Shown: positions 28,701-37,744, counted from the stretch's first letter. The stretch is 64,000 nucleotides of DNA from Thermoplasmata archaeon (GCA_049285595.1 JBAQAF010000015.1:30733-94732); one strand, 5' to 3'. Translations and numbers: made by a program. Notes: generated from the letters alone by a model not told the origin.

Positions 28701-29768
28701 ATGGCGATCGCATCGCACCACCCGGCCGACCTCTCCGAAACACTCGACGGCGGGAAGGTCCGCTGCACCGCCTGCGCCCGGTACTGCACGATCCCGGCGG
28801 GCTCGCACGGGTTCTGCTACGTGCGCAAGAACGAGGACGGCCACCTGGTGCTGATGACGTATGGGCTCGCGTCGGCGGTCCAGGTCGACCCCGTCGAGAA
28901 GAAGCCGCTCTCGCACTATCGACCCGGCACCCGGGTGCTCTCGATCGGGACGGTCGGCTGCAACTGGCGGTGTCTGTACTGCCAGAACGCGGAGATCTCC
29001 CAGGAGCACGAGGTGTCGGGCCGACCGCTCTCTCCTTCCGCCGCCGTCGCGCAGGCCCGGCGGTTCGACTGCGCGGGCGTGACGTTCACCTACAACGAGC
29101 CGACGATCTTCGCCGAGTACGCCCGCGACGTGATCTCCGAGGCGCACCGCGCCGGTCTGTTCGCGAACTTCGTGACGAACGGCTACATGACGCCCGAGGC
29201 GGTCGCCTATCTCGGCGCCGAGCTCGATGCGGTCTCGGTCGACTTCAAGGGAAGCGGCGACCCCGCATTCCTGAGAAAGTACGTCAGCGCGAAGGGCCCC
29301 GAGCCGATCTACGAGTCCGCGGTCGGCCTTCAGGAGAAGGGGACGCACGTGGAGATCACCGACCTGATCGTCCCCGAGGTCGGCGACTCGGTGGAAGCGA
29401 CCCGGCGCCTGGCCCGGTTCGTCGTCGATCGCCTCGGACCTGCCACGCCCTTCCACCTGCTCCGGTTCCATCCGGACTACCGGATGATGGAGTTCCCCGT
29501 GACGCCCCTCCCGACGCTGGAGAAGCTCCATGCGGTCGCCGTGGAGGAGGGTCTGGAGTACGTCTATCTCGGGAACGTCTGGGGCCATCCGCTCGAGCAC
29601 ACGTACTGTCCGTCCTGTCGGGCCGTCGCGGTGCGACGGTACGGGTTCACGATCCAAGAGTGGAACCTCGACGACCAGAACCGGTGCCGCGCGTGCGGCC
29701 ACTCGATCCCGATCGTGGGACGACCTCCCGCCGCGTATCGACCGACGTTTCCCACCGCGGTGGGCTGA
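28701..29768 (+). CDS. AmmeMemoRadiSam-system radical SAM enzyme (PFL-activase-like)
   Basis: CTACARYC ... GFCYVRKNEDGHLVLMTYGLASAVQVDPVEKKPLSHYRPGTRVLSIGTVGCNWRCLYCQN is the characteristic N-terminal signature of this family. Start at ATG 28701. Confidence 0.7.
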   Translation: MAIASHHPADLSETLDGGKVRCTACARYCTIPAGSHGFCYVRKNEDGHLVLMTYGLASAVQVDPVEKKPLSHYRPGTRVLSIGTVGCNWRCLYCQNAEISQEHEVSGRPLSPSAAVAQARRFDCAGVTFTYNEPTIFAEYARDVISEAHRAGLFANFVTNGYMTPEAVAYLGAELDAVSVDFKGSGDPAFLRKYVSAKGPEPIYESAVGLQEKGTHVEITDLIVPEVGDSVEATRRLARFVVDRLGPATPFHLLRFHPDYRMMEFPVTPLPTLEKLHAVAVEEGLEYVYLGNVWGHPLEHTYCPSCRAVAVRRYGFTIQEWNLDDQNRCRACGHSIPIVGRPPAAYRPTFPTAVG

Positions 29769-29890
29769 TGGTCGGTCCGCTCTCGAGCCCTGCGGTCCGC
29801 ACGCGAGGGAGCCCTCTCCCCCGAGGGTGCGAGTTCGCCGGAGCCTCTATCAAGGGGCGCGAGCGGTCGTAGGCCCGGAGCGAAGCCCGC

Positions 29891-30574
29891 ATGACGACGA
29901 ACCTTCGCCTTGCGCTGACCGTCTTCTCCATCGGGTTCGCGATCGAGGGTGCAGGGGATGTCTACTCCTTCGTCTCGGGCGGGAAGTTCCACCCCGGTGT
30001 GAACCTCCTGTTCTTCCTTCCGATTGTCATGACGCTCGCCGGACTGTTGTTCGTCTGGGTCGGCCGGCACGAGTGGAGCGAGCTGCACCGCACCCGGGTC
30101 CGGCAAGCCCACGTTGTCTTTGGACTGAGCATCCTCGGCGGGTTCGTCGCCGGCGGCGTCGTGGCCCTGCTGTACGTGGAGCCAGGGTTCGGCGTTCCGT
30201 TCTGGGCGAAGGCCCTCTTCGGGGGCGCCGTCGCCTCTTTGGTTCTCGGGACGTTCGTCACGTACGTCTACCTGGTGTTCCACCTCGTGGGCCGGCCGAG
30301 CCAGGGGGTGCTGTTCGCGGCGATCGCCTGGTCGCTCATCGTATCGGCCCTGATGGGGGCGACGCTCGCCACCAACCTGTCCGCCATCCTCGCCCTGATC
30401 CGCCAGCACCAACCCACCCTCCCCGGCTTCGTCACACCGCTCGATACCCTCAGCTCCTACCTGTTCCTCTCCTACTTCCTGCTCCTCGCCGCCTACCTCG
30501 ATGCCCATCGCAAGGTCATCGCGGGGCCCCCCGCCCCGCCGGGGGGGGATGCGGCGACCCGCCCGGCGACGTAA
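29891..30574 (+). CDS. Hypothetical 6-TM membrane protein
   Basis: 227 aa, strongly hydrophobic. No family assigned. Confidence 0.45.
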   Translation: MTTNLRLALTVFSIGFAIEGAGDVYSFVSGGKFHPGVNLLFFLPIVMTLAGLLFVWVGRHEWSELHRTRVRQAHVVFGLSILGGFVAGGVVALLYVEPGFGVPFWAKALFGGAVASLVLGTFVTYVYLVFHLVGRPSQGVLFAAIAWSLIVSALMGATLATNLSAILALIRQHQPTLPGFVTPLDTLSSYLFLSYFLLLAAYLDAHRKVIAGPPAPPGGDAATRPAT

Positions 30575-30706
30575 GGCGCGATCGCACGACAGGGCCTTCG
30601 CACCGTTCGCCGATCCCGGTCCGACCGTGCGGGCGCGTGCCGGGGCCAGGACCTTCCAAACAGTTCGAATCCGCTCCAACCCACGCAGTCTCCGCGCGCC
30701 CGCAGG

Positions 30707-31057
30707 TCAGCGGTCCTGCTGGCTGCCGGGTGCCCGCTGTGCCACCGCACGACGAAGCCGCTCAAGCTTGGCGTAGAAGTCCGGGAGACGGAATCCGAAA
30801 GCGATGAAGACCGAGAACCTGCCCCGGCGGAAGAATACGCCTCGCCACAGGTCCCCGACATGGAGGGAAAAGAGCCCCTCGGGGGCGATCCGCTGATCCT
30901 GCCGAAGCTCCTCAGTAAACCACCCCGGAGCCAAGGCTACCGGTGAATCGGACACGGCCAGCTCGCGGAACGCCGTGATAAAGACCTCCCGAACCGGGGG
31001 AGGCAAACCTAGGAACTCGGTGTCGGCTACCTCGATACTGTCGAGTCGAAAGGGCAC
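30707..31057 (-). CDS. Possible RelE/ParE-superfamily toxin-like protein
   Basis: C-terminal ...LFSLHVGDLWRGVFFRRGRFSVFIAFGFR resembles the beta-sheet core of RelE/ParE/HigB toxins. Lies directly downstream of the RHH-like ORF. Start set at GTG 31057; the ORF is open to ATG 31123. Confidence 0.3.
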   Translation of the reverse strand: MPFRLDSIEVADTEFLGLPPPVREVFITAFRELAVSDSPVALAPGWFTEELRQDQRIAPEGLFSLHVGDLWRGVFFRRGRFSVFIAFGFRLPDFYAKLERLRRAVAQRAPGSQQDR

Positions 31058-31064
31058 AATTTCC

Positions 31065-31277
31065 TCAAAAGGGCTGGCGACGGCTCCGAGCGATGAGATC
31101 CTCGATTGGGTGAGGCTTTCCATCCCGAATCCGGCGCGCGAGCTCGGCCATAGTTAGCTGGGTCGGGTGAGCGATGATCAATCCACGGATCACATCATCC
31201 TAGGTCGCCCCACCGGTCTTCAGACCCTCGAGAAGGTGGCCGGTCTCCTGGGAGACGGTAATGGTCGTGGCCGCCAT
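31065..31277 (-). CDS. Possible ribbon-helix-helix antitoxin, interrupted by an in-frame TAG (31200-31202)
   Basis: MAATTITVSQETGHLLEGLKTGGAT-TAG-DDVIRGLIIAHPTQ... shows a beta-strand then helix A, then the G-x-T-x-D-x-VIR helix B pattern of CopG/Arc/MetJ-type RHH proteins. Without read-through it is only 25 aa. Confidence 0.25.
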
Positions 31278-31284
31278 CGGTAAT

Positions 31285-31326
31285 CCCAATGCTAGCAATG
31301 GGCCTTGCGCATTTGAGCCATTGCTA
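31285..31326. promoter_or_regulatory. Inverted repeat (9-bp arms TAGCAATGG / CCATTGCTA) immediately upstream of the RHH-like ORF
   Basis: The 31293-31301 and 31318-31326 arms are perfect reverse complements with a 16-nt spacer. The region is AT-richer than the surrounding sequence. Confidence 0.3.
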
Positions 31327-31598
31327 AAAGCTATCGTCCTCGTCAGTAGGACGACCCCCCCCGGACCTTAAGGGGTCCAATCCCGGGACGTTCAGAGCGG
31401 GTTCAGCTGCCGGGGCCAAGCAATGAACGGATTCTCCGAGGCTGGACGGGAGTGGGCGGCGGATCGAAGCCGGCAGCCGAAGGACCCCCCGTACCACGAC
31501 CGCCTCTTTGCAAAACGGTGCGACGAATCGACCTGGTGGTCCCGGGCTCGCAAACGGGCGCGATGAAATAGGCCGACCCATTCTCTTCCCCACTGCCC

Positions 31599-32441
31599 AT
31601 GCCTTGGAAGTACACGGACGAATACTATCGGGAGTATACCCGAACGACATGGAACGAGAGCGCCGAAGCGTATGTAGGGCTGATGCGGAACCTCGAGCCT
31701 TTCCGCTCCGAACTCGTAGCACGACTCGCCCCCCAACCCGGGGAGCGGATCCTCGATATGGGGACTGGACCGGGAGAGCCCGCAATCACGGTTGGAAGAA
31801 TCGTCGGCGCCTCGGGCCACGTCACGGGCATCGATCTTTCGGAGAACATGATCGCCATCGCTCAACGCGTGGCGTCCGCTCGTGGGCAGGACAACGTCGA
31901 GTTCCGGACGATGGACTGCGGGGATCTCAAGATGCCCGACAGGACCTTCGATGCGGTCGTTAGCAGCTTTGGCTTTCAAATCTTTACGGACCCGGAGGCC
32001 GCTGCGAGAGAAGCTCGACGGGTGCTCCGGCCTGGCGGCAGGATTGGACTGAGCGTTTGGAGCACCGGTGACAAAGTGCCGTGGATCCATGCAATCATCG
32101 GTCCTATGCTCGAGTACGCCGAACCGGACGAAACGGGTTACATTCCAACACCGTACGAAACCGGGGGCCCCGGCGAAATGGTGACGTTCCTCGAACGTGC
32201 CGGATTCCAGGAACCTCGTGAAGAGCGACGGCAATACTCCCTCCACTTCGACGACGAGGAGGCCTACTTCCACGCGATCCTGAAGGCGACCCCGATCGGT
32301 CACTCCCTATCTGAAGAATCTGAGGAGACCCAACGCGAAGTACTTCGCAAGACACGAGAGAATCTACGGACATGGAGGGTGCCGGCAGGCCTCTCGATAC
32401 CCGGCGAAGCGGTCATCGTCGTCGCCCACAAACCCGCTTAG
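31599..32441 (+). CDS. Class I SAM-dependent methyltransferase (UbiE/COQ5-like)
   Basis: ILDMGTGPGEPAI ... VTGIDLSENMIAIAQ ... FDAVVSSFGFQIF ... LRPGGRIGLSVW. The overlapping antisense ORF 31392..32303 is judged spurious. Confidence 0.7.
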   Translation: MPWKYTDEYYREYTRTTWNESAEAYVGLMRNLEPFRSELVARLAPQPGERILDMGTGPGEPAITVGRIVGASGHVTGIDLSENMIAIAQRVASARGQDNVEFRTMDCGDLKMPDRTFDAVVSSFGFQIFTDPEAAAREARRVLRPGGRIGLSVWSTGDKVPWIHAIIGPMLEYAEPDETGYIPTPYETGGPGEMVTFLERAGFQEPREERRQYSLHFDDEEAYFHAILKATPIGHSLSEESEETQREVLRKTRENLRTWRVPAGLSIPGEAVIVVAHKPA

Positions 32442-32551
32442 GCTCTGGGATGGGTGGGGGTCGCTATGCCTCCGGCAAACCGGCCTTTCCGGACACTCTC
32501 TCTACTCGGTTGCGATCCAAAGTTTGTTCGTGCCGGCTGGTAACCTTTGGC

Positions 32552-32634
32552 TGCCGGGGCCAGGATTTGAACCTGGGAACTCCTGCGAGAGCAGATCTTG
32601 AGTCTGCCGCCTTTGGCCACTCGGCCACCCCGGC
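32552..32634 (-). tRNA. tRNA-Leu (anticodon CAA)
   Basis: Reverse complement folds as a cloverleaf. Acceptor GCCGGGG/CCCCGGC, D-arm, anticodon stem GCAGA/TCTGC with loop CTCAAGA (anticodon CAA), a long variable arm, T-arm CCAGGTTCAAATCCTGG, and discriminator A. No encoded CCA. Confidence 0.85.
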
Positions 32635-32659
32635 GCGCTAGTTGGGAGCGTTTGGGGGA

Positions 32660-33064
32660 TTATCCTTCTTCGGTCTCGTCGTCCAGCTCGTCCACCTCGC
32701 CGTCCGAGGTCACGAGGGCTCCCTCGTCGCGCGGCACTCCGGTCCCCCCGGGGGACGACGGGCTTCCCGCAGGACGCACCCGGTGGCGGATCCGCGTGCG
32801 ACGTTGGTGCCCGCAGAGCAGGCACGACCGCAGCCGCGCCCCGGAGCGTAGCCGCGTGCGTACGGTGCGCCCCTCGACCCAGTAGGCGGAGCAGGCGCGG
32901 CAGTACAGTTCCCGGTACTCGGGGAGGAGGCGGACGTTGTAGCGCGTACCGACTTTGCGGGCGAGGACCACGTACCGGTTCGCGAGCGCCGGGTCCCCTC
33001 TGGTCGACTCTCTCGCCGCGAGGGCGAACAGGTCGTCGATCCGCTCGTGCGCGATCCGGACCAT
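32660..33064 (-). CDS. rnp4: RNase P protein component 4 (Rpp21/Rpr2)
   Basis: MVRIAHERIDDLFALAARE ... ANRYVVLARKVGTRYNVRLLPEYRELYCRACSAYWVEGRTVRTRL ... CLLCGHQR matches the Rpr2 helical N-terminus plus a C4 zinc ribbon. Start at ATG 33064. Confidence 0.7.
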   Translation of the reverse strand: MVRIAHERIDDLFALAARESTRGDPALANRYVVLARKVGTRYNVRLLPEYRELYCRACSAYWVEGRTVRTRLRSGARLRSCLLCGHQRRTRIRHRVRPAGSPSSPGGTGVPRDEGALVTSDGEVDELDDETEEG

Positions 33065-33099
33065 CGCCCCGGTGCGCCGGCCCCGACGCCCGGCGGGCC

Positions 33100-33456
33100 T
33101 CACGGCTGGGGCTGCTGGCAGACGGGGCAGTAGACCGCCGGCTGGGCGATCATCGTGCCGCACCGCGTGCAGTACTTCGCGTTCGGCGGAGGGGGGACCG
33201 GTCCCATCGCCCCGGGGATCGCCGCGGCCGGGACGATGTACGGGACCGCCTGGAGCACCATCGGATACCCGGGGGGCATCCCGGTCGTGGGCCCAGCCAC
33301 GGGCGCCCAGGGCGGCGGAGCGGTCGGGCTCGAGGTGGGTAGCGGTCTCGGCGGGATCGGGGGCGGAGCGTCCCCCTGCGGCAAGGTGTAGCCGCATTTC
33401 GTGCAGAATAGGGCCCCTTCCGGGCCGATCTCACCGCAGTGCAAGCAGGCGGGCAC
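33100..33456 (-). CDS. Double zinc-ribbon protein with a proline-rich linker
   Basis: CLHCGEIGPEGALFCTKCG at the N-terminus and CTRCGTMIAQPAVYCPVCQ at the C-terminus, separated by a Pro-rich spacer. Confidence 0.45.
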   Translation of the reverse strand: MPACLHCGEIGPEGALFCTKCGYTLPQGDAPPPIPPRPLPTSSPTAPPPWAPVAGPTTGMPPGYPMVLQAVPYIVPAAAIPGAMGPVPPPPNAKYCTRCGTMIAQPAVYCPVCQQPQP

Positions 33457-33500
33457 GGGAACGGCAAGGTATATTCGGTATAATTCCGTACGGTCGATCG

Positions 33501-34310
33501 GTGAGACCTCGGTCGGTCGCGCTCGTCACCCGGGACCCGGCCCTCTACCAGGACTTGGCCGGTTTTTTGCGGGAGCGTCGGCTACCGTCCATCAGTCTTC
33601 TCCCGGGGGACCGGATACCGGATCGCGTCGCCGTCGTTCTTACCTCTCCGGAAGAGCTCGAACTGATCGAGCACCCCCGCGTCCTCACGGTCACCGAGGG
33701 CGGTGATCGCAGGGCCTTAGGCGCGGCGATCTCCCAGGCCCTGCTCCCATCCGACCCCGAAGGGGACCTGATCGTTGGCATCGACCCGGGCCCCCGCCCG
33801 GGGTATGCGATCCTCTCCGGGGCCCGGTGCCTCGGCGAGGGTATTCTCGAAGGTCCGGAGGCGGCGGGCACCCTCGGCTCGCAACTTCGGCATCGTTTCC
33901 CCGGGCGCTCCCTTCGCTTCCGGGTCGGCGCGGGCGACCCGCCGGATCGGAACCGGATCGTGAATTCGCTCCTCCGGCGGTTCCGGACCGTCGAGCTGGT
34001 GAACGAGGACGGCACCACGCCGCACGGTCACCGACGCCCGCGGGATGCGGAGGCCGCGCGCTCGATCGCGCTTACTCCGGGCACGATCGTACGCGAACCG
34101 ATGATCGCGACCTTCACCCCGGGGGAGATCGCGAACCTCCAGCGGTTGAGCCGGGAAGGCAGCGGAGGTCGCCTGACGATCTCCCGAAGTTCGGCGCATC
34201 GGGTGCTGCGTGGCGAGATCTCTCTCGGGGAGGCGGTCGACGAGGCGATGCCGCCCTCCCTCTGGGCCACCGGGCCGTCACGGACCGGACGGGTCCGCGA
34301 ACCGCTTTAA
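33501..34310 (+). CDS. Hypothetical protein with an RNase-H-like (YqgF/RuvC-like) central motif
   Basis: GTG start, preceded by ggtatattcggtataatt (TATA-like). Contains DLIVGIDPGPRPGYAIL, reminiscent of the first beta-strand and Asp of RNase H-fold nucleases. Otherwise unassigned. Confidence 0.35.
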   Translation: MRPRSVALVTRDPALYQDLAGFLRERRLPSISLLPGDRIPDRVAVVLTSPEELELIEHPRVLTVTEGGDRRALGAAISQALLPSDPEGDLIVGIDPGPRPGYAILSGARCLGEGILEGPEAAGTLGSQLRHRFPGRSLRFRVGAGDPPDRNRIVNSLLRRFRTVELVNEDGTTPHGHRRPRDAEAARSIALTPGTIVREPMIATFTPGEIANLQRLSREGSGGRLTISRSSAHRVLRGEISLGEAVDEAMPPSLWATGPSRTGRVREPL

Positions 34311-34332
34311 CTCCGGTCCGGGTCGACGGCTC

Positions 34333-36060
34333 GTGCCGTTCCCCGCCGAGGTCTCCGACCGGGTTCGCCGTGCGGTCCTGGAGAACGCCCTCGACCACGA
34401 CGGCGTCCCCCATGCATCGGCCGTGATGGCCCGGCTCCTCGCTACGGAACCTACGCTCCGACCCCAGGCGGAGGAGCTTCGGGGACTCGTCTCCGAGATC
34501 GTGGCCGACCTCCGGGGCGTACCGATCGCCGAGCTCGTCGATCGCCTCGCCGTCCTCGGAGGCCGAGCGCCCGCACGGGCCGCCCCCGTCAAGAGCGTCG
34601 GGGGGGAGTTTCCGGAGCTCCCGGGGGCGGTTCGGGGGAAGGTGGTCCTTCGGATCGCCCCGTTCCCGAATGGCGTGCTCCACATCGGCCATGGCCGGCT
34701 CCTCTACGTGCACGAGCACTACCGGGAGCGCTACCAGGGAAGGATCCTGCTCGTCTTCGACGACACGATCGGGTCGGAAACGAAGCGGGTAGAGCCCGAG
34801 TTCTTCGACCTCATCGAAGAGGATTGCGCGCTCGCGGGCGTTCGCCCGGACGCGGTCTTCTACAAATCCGACCGCATCGCGTCGCACTATCCGTGGGCGC
34901 GACGCGTCATCGACGCCGGAGGGGCGTACGTCTGCACCTGCCCGGCGGAGCTCCTCCGCGAGAATCGCGCGAAGGGCGCTCCGTGCCCCGAGCGGGCGCA
35001 ACGTACGGGCGAAACGGCGGACGCCTGGCAGCGAATGTTGGATGGGGCCTATGCGCCGGGCGAGGCGGTGCTCCGGCTACGCACGGACATCGCCGATCCG
35101 GACCCCGCGTTCCGGGACCGAGTGCTGTTCCGGCTCAGCGATCTCGACCACCCTCGGGTCGGTCGGAAGTACCGCGTCTGGCCGATGCTCGAGTTCTCCT
35201 GGGCGGTCGACGACGTGGAGCTCGGAGTGACGCATGTGCTGCGCGGCAAGGAGCTCGTGATCGAGGACCGGATGCAGCAGTACATCTGGCAGCTCCTCGG
35301 CGTGCGAGGACCCCCGTTCCTGCACTGGGGACTGCTGCGGGTCCGGGAGGCGAAGGTGGCGAAGAGCAAGACGAACCTGGACGTGCGCAGCGGACGGTTC
35401 GACGGCTGGGCCGACCCGCGCACGTGGTCCCTCCGCTCGCTGGACCGCCGAGGGATCTCCATGGAGGCGCTCCGGTCGTTCATCCTCTCGTTCGGCCTTT
35501 CTCTCTCCGACATCGACGTCGCGGCCGAGACCCTCTACGCCGAGAACCGCAAGCGGATCGACGCATCGACCCCCCGCCGTGCCTACGTCCCCGATCCCGT
35601 CCGGGTCGACGTCGACGGATATCCGGCGGAGCTCGCGAGCGTCTCCCTTCCGAATCATCCGGATCATCCCGAGCTCGGTGCCCGCGAGGTGCGCGCGGGG
35701 CCGTCGTTCTACCTCCCGCGTCGGGACGTCGTCGCGCACCCCGGCGAGGAGGTCCGGCTCAAGGATCTACTGAACGTTCGGCTTCCCCCGGAGATCCCCG
35801 CCGAGGGCGTCGTGCGCGCGGAGTTCACGAGCCGGGAGAACCGGCGGCTCCCGCGGCTGCAATGGGTCGGGGTCGACGGGGCCGTCGCGGTCGACCTGCT
35901 CGGGGTCGATGGCGCCCACTCCACCGGGCTCTCGGAAGCCGCGCTCGGAACGGCCGAGCCCCGTACGATCCTCCAGTTCGAACGCGTCGGCTTCGTCCGG
36001 ATCGACTCGGGCGGAGCGGTCGGGAGCACCCCGGTCAAGGTCGTCTACGGTCACCCGTGA
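34333..36060 (+). CDS. gltX: Glutamyl-tRNA synthetase (archaeal/eukaryotic type)
   Basis: HIGH-region FPNGVLHIGHGRL, KMSKS-like VAKSKTN, and archaeal GluRS N- and C-terminal extensions. GTG start inferred at 34333. Confidence 0.8.
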   Translation: MPFPAEVSDRVRRAVLENALDHDGVPHASAVMARLLATEPTLRPQAEELRGLVSEIVADLRGVPIAELVDRLAVLGGRAPARAAPVKSVGGEFPELPGAVRGKVVLRIAPFPNGVLHIGHGRLLYVHEHYRERYQGRILLVFDDTIGSETKRVEPEFFDLIEEDCALAGVRPDAVFYKSDRIASHYPWARRVIDAGGAYVCTCPAELLRENRAKGAPCPERAQRTGETADAWQRMLDGAYAPGEAVLRLRTDIADPDPAFRDRVLFRLSDLDHPRVGRKYRVWPMLEFSWAVDDVELGVTHVLRGKELVIEDRMQQYIWQLLGVRGPPFLHWGLLRVREAKVAKSKTNLDVRSGRFDGWADPRTWSLRSLDRRGISMEALRSFILSFGLSLSDIDVAAETLYAENRKRIDASTPRRAYVPDPVRVDVDGYPAELASVSLPNHPDHPELGAREVRAGPSFYLPRRDVVAHPGEEVRLKDLLNVRLPPEIPAEGVVRAEFTSRENRRLPRLQWVGVDGAVAVDLLGVDGAHSTGLSEAALGTAEPRTILQFERVGFVRIDSGGAVGSTPVKVVYGHP

Positions 36061-36104
36061 GCCGTACGCCGACCCTTTTGTAGCCGACCGCCGTCCGGCC
36101 GCCG

Positions 36105-36494
36105 ATGAAGTTCCTCCATACGTCCATCACCGTGCGCCGGATGGAGGAGAGCCTCACGTTCTACACGGAGGTCCTCGGTCTCGAGTTCGAGCGACGGCGG
36201 GCGATCCCCGAGAACCGGGCCGAGATCGCGTTCGTCCGGGACCCCGAGAGCGGGGCGCGGATCGAGCTCACCCACTGGGAGGGGAAGGAGGAGTTCGAGG
36301 CCGGCGAGCAGCTCGACCACCTCGCGTTCGAGGTCCGTGACCTGGACGGATGGCTCGCGCGCGCCCGGGCCCGGGGCGTGCGCGTCGCGAAGGAGCCGTA
36401 CCGCCTCGTCGGTGGCTCCGGCCGCATCGCCTTCGTGCTCGACCCAAACGACGTCTGGATCGAGTTGATCGAACGGGACGCCCCGGTGGCGTGA
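36105..36494 (+). CDS. Glyoxalase I-like VOC protein
   Basis: MKFLHTSITVRRMEESLTFYTEVLGLEF ... HLAFEVRDLD ... FVLDPNDVWIELIE. Confidence 0.7.
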   Translation: MKFLHTSITVRRMEESLTFYTEVLGLEFERRRAIPENRAEIAFVRDPESGARIELTHWEGKEEFEAGEQLDHLAFEVRDLDGWLARARARGVRVAKEPYRLVGGSGRIAFVLDPNDVWIELIERDAPVA

Positions 36495-37744
36495 GCGCGG
36501 GATCGGTGCCCGGGACGCTACCGCCGGCCGAGCCGTTGGAGGCGCCCCGCCCCCTTGCGGCGGTCTTCCTCGCCACCTTCTTCGTCCGGTTCTCCTTCGG
36601 GATCACGATCGCCGTCTTCGCCGATTATCTCACCGGCCATTCGGGCGGATTTAGCGGTCAGGATTTTGGCGTGGCAGGCCTCGTCACGGCGATGGCCCCG
36701 ATCGGGGAAGGGTCGACCGTCCTTTTCTCGGGAGCGGCCGCCGACCGGTGGGGGCGGTACCCGGTGTTATTCGGCGGGATGGCCGGGGCCGCGGTCATGT
36801 TCGGGGTCGTGGCGGCGACCCGCTCACCCTTGATCCTGGGGATCGCGAACTTCCTGTTCGGCATCGCGAGCGGGGCGATCCTCGCGGCGAGTCTCGCGGT
36901 CGTCGCGGACCGCAGCCGGACGGACGAGCGCGGCCTCGAGATGGGGCGATTCGATGCCGTCAACCTCTCGGGATGGATCGGCGGCTTCGCCTTCGGCTTC
37001 GGCGTTCTCGGAACGGTCCCGAATTCGAAGCTCTGGGAGGTCTTCCCGGTCGGAGCGGCGGCGCTCGTCGCCGGGATCGTCGGCGCGAGCTACCTGCTGC
37101 GCGGCTCCCCCCGGCGCCGTGCGTCGCTCCCGTTGTTCTCCTTGCGAAAGGTGGTCCAGAGCGCGTTCCGACCGAGCGTGCTCGTCGTAACCGTCCCGTG
37201 GCTCGTCATCTACGCGCTGATCGGGGCGGCGCTCGTGTTCCTCGCGCCGGCGGCGAACGGGGTCGGGATCTCCCCGCTCTACTTCGCCGCCGTGATCGGA
37301 GGGGCCGGGGGGCTGCTCGTCCTCACGCAGCCGTACTTTGGAGGGTGGGCCGACCGGGTCGGCCGTACCCGGATGATGACCGTCGGCGCCTCCGGGTTCA
37401 TTCTGGTTCTCCTCTTCGCGAGCCTGACGATCGCGTACAACCACCCGTGGCCCGTGCTCGTCGGCCTCGGGATCAGCGTGATCCCGGCGCTCGCCTACGG
37501 CCCGGCAGCGCTCGCGGCGCTCGCCGACCTCGCGGGGGCGCTCAGTCGTGCGACGACGATGGCGATCTACTCGCTCACGATCTCCGCCGGAATGATCGTC
37601 GGGGTCGTCGCGTCGAGCCAGCTCCTCGCTCGTTTTGGCGATCCGGGGCTCTACCCATTCTTCGGATCGATCGCGGTCGTCCTCGGTGCGCTCACCGTGG
37701 TCCGATGGGTCGAGGAGCGACGCGCTACGATTCCGGTTCGATGA
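36491..37744 (+). CDS. MFS transporter
   Basis: About 12 TM segments. GTG start overlapping the upstream stop (GTGA). The ORF is open from 36350. Confidence 0.6.
   Translation: MSAGSVPGTLPPAEPLEAPRPLAAVFLATFFVRFSFGITIAVFADYLTGHSGGFSGQDFGVAGLVTAMAPIGEGSTVLFSGAAADRWGRYPVLFGGMAGAAVMFGVVAATRSPLILGIANFLFGIASGAILAASLAVVADRSRTDERGLEMGRFDAVNLSGWIGGFAFGFGVLGTVPNSKLWEVFPVGAAALVAGIVGASYLLRGSPRRRASLPLFSLRKVVQSAFRPSVLVVTVPWLVIYALIGAALVFLAPAANGVGISPLYFAAVIGGAGGLLVLTQPYFGGWADRVGRTRMMTVGASGFILVLLFASLTIAYNHPWPVLVGLGISVIPALAYGPAALAALADLAGALSRATTMAIYSLTISAGMIVGVVASSQLLARFGDPGLYPFFGSIAVVLGALTVVRWVEERRATIPVR

Noticed and set aside
31392-32303. 303-aa minus-strand ORF overlapping the UbiE-like methyltransferase
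   Set aside because: The plus-strand frame has clear methyltransferase motifs I-III. The antisense ORF is Arg/Gly/Pro-rich with no motifs, a typical high-GC shadow ORF.
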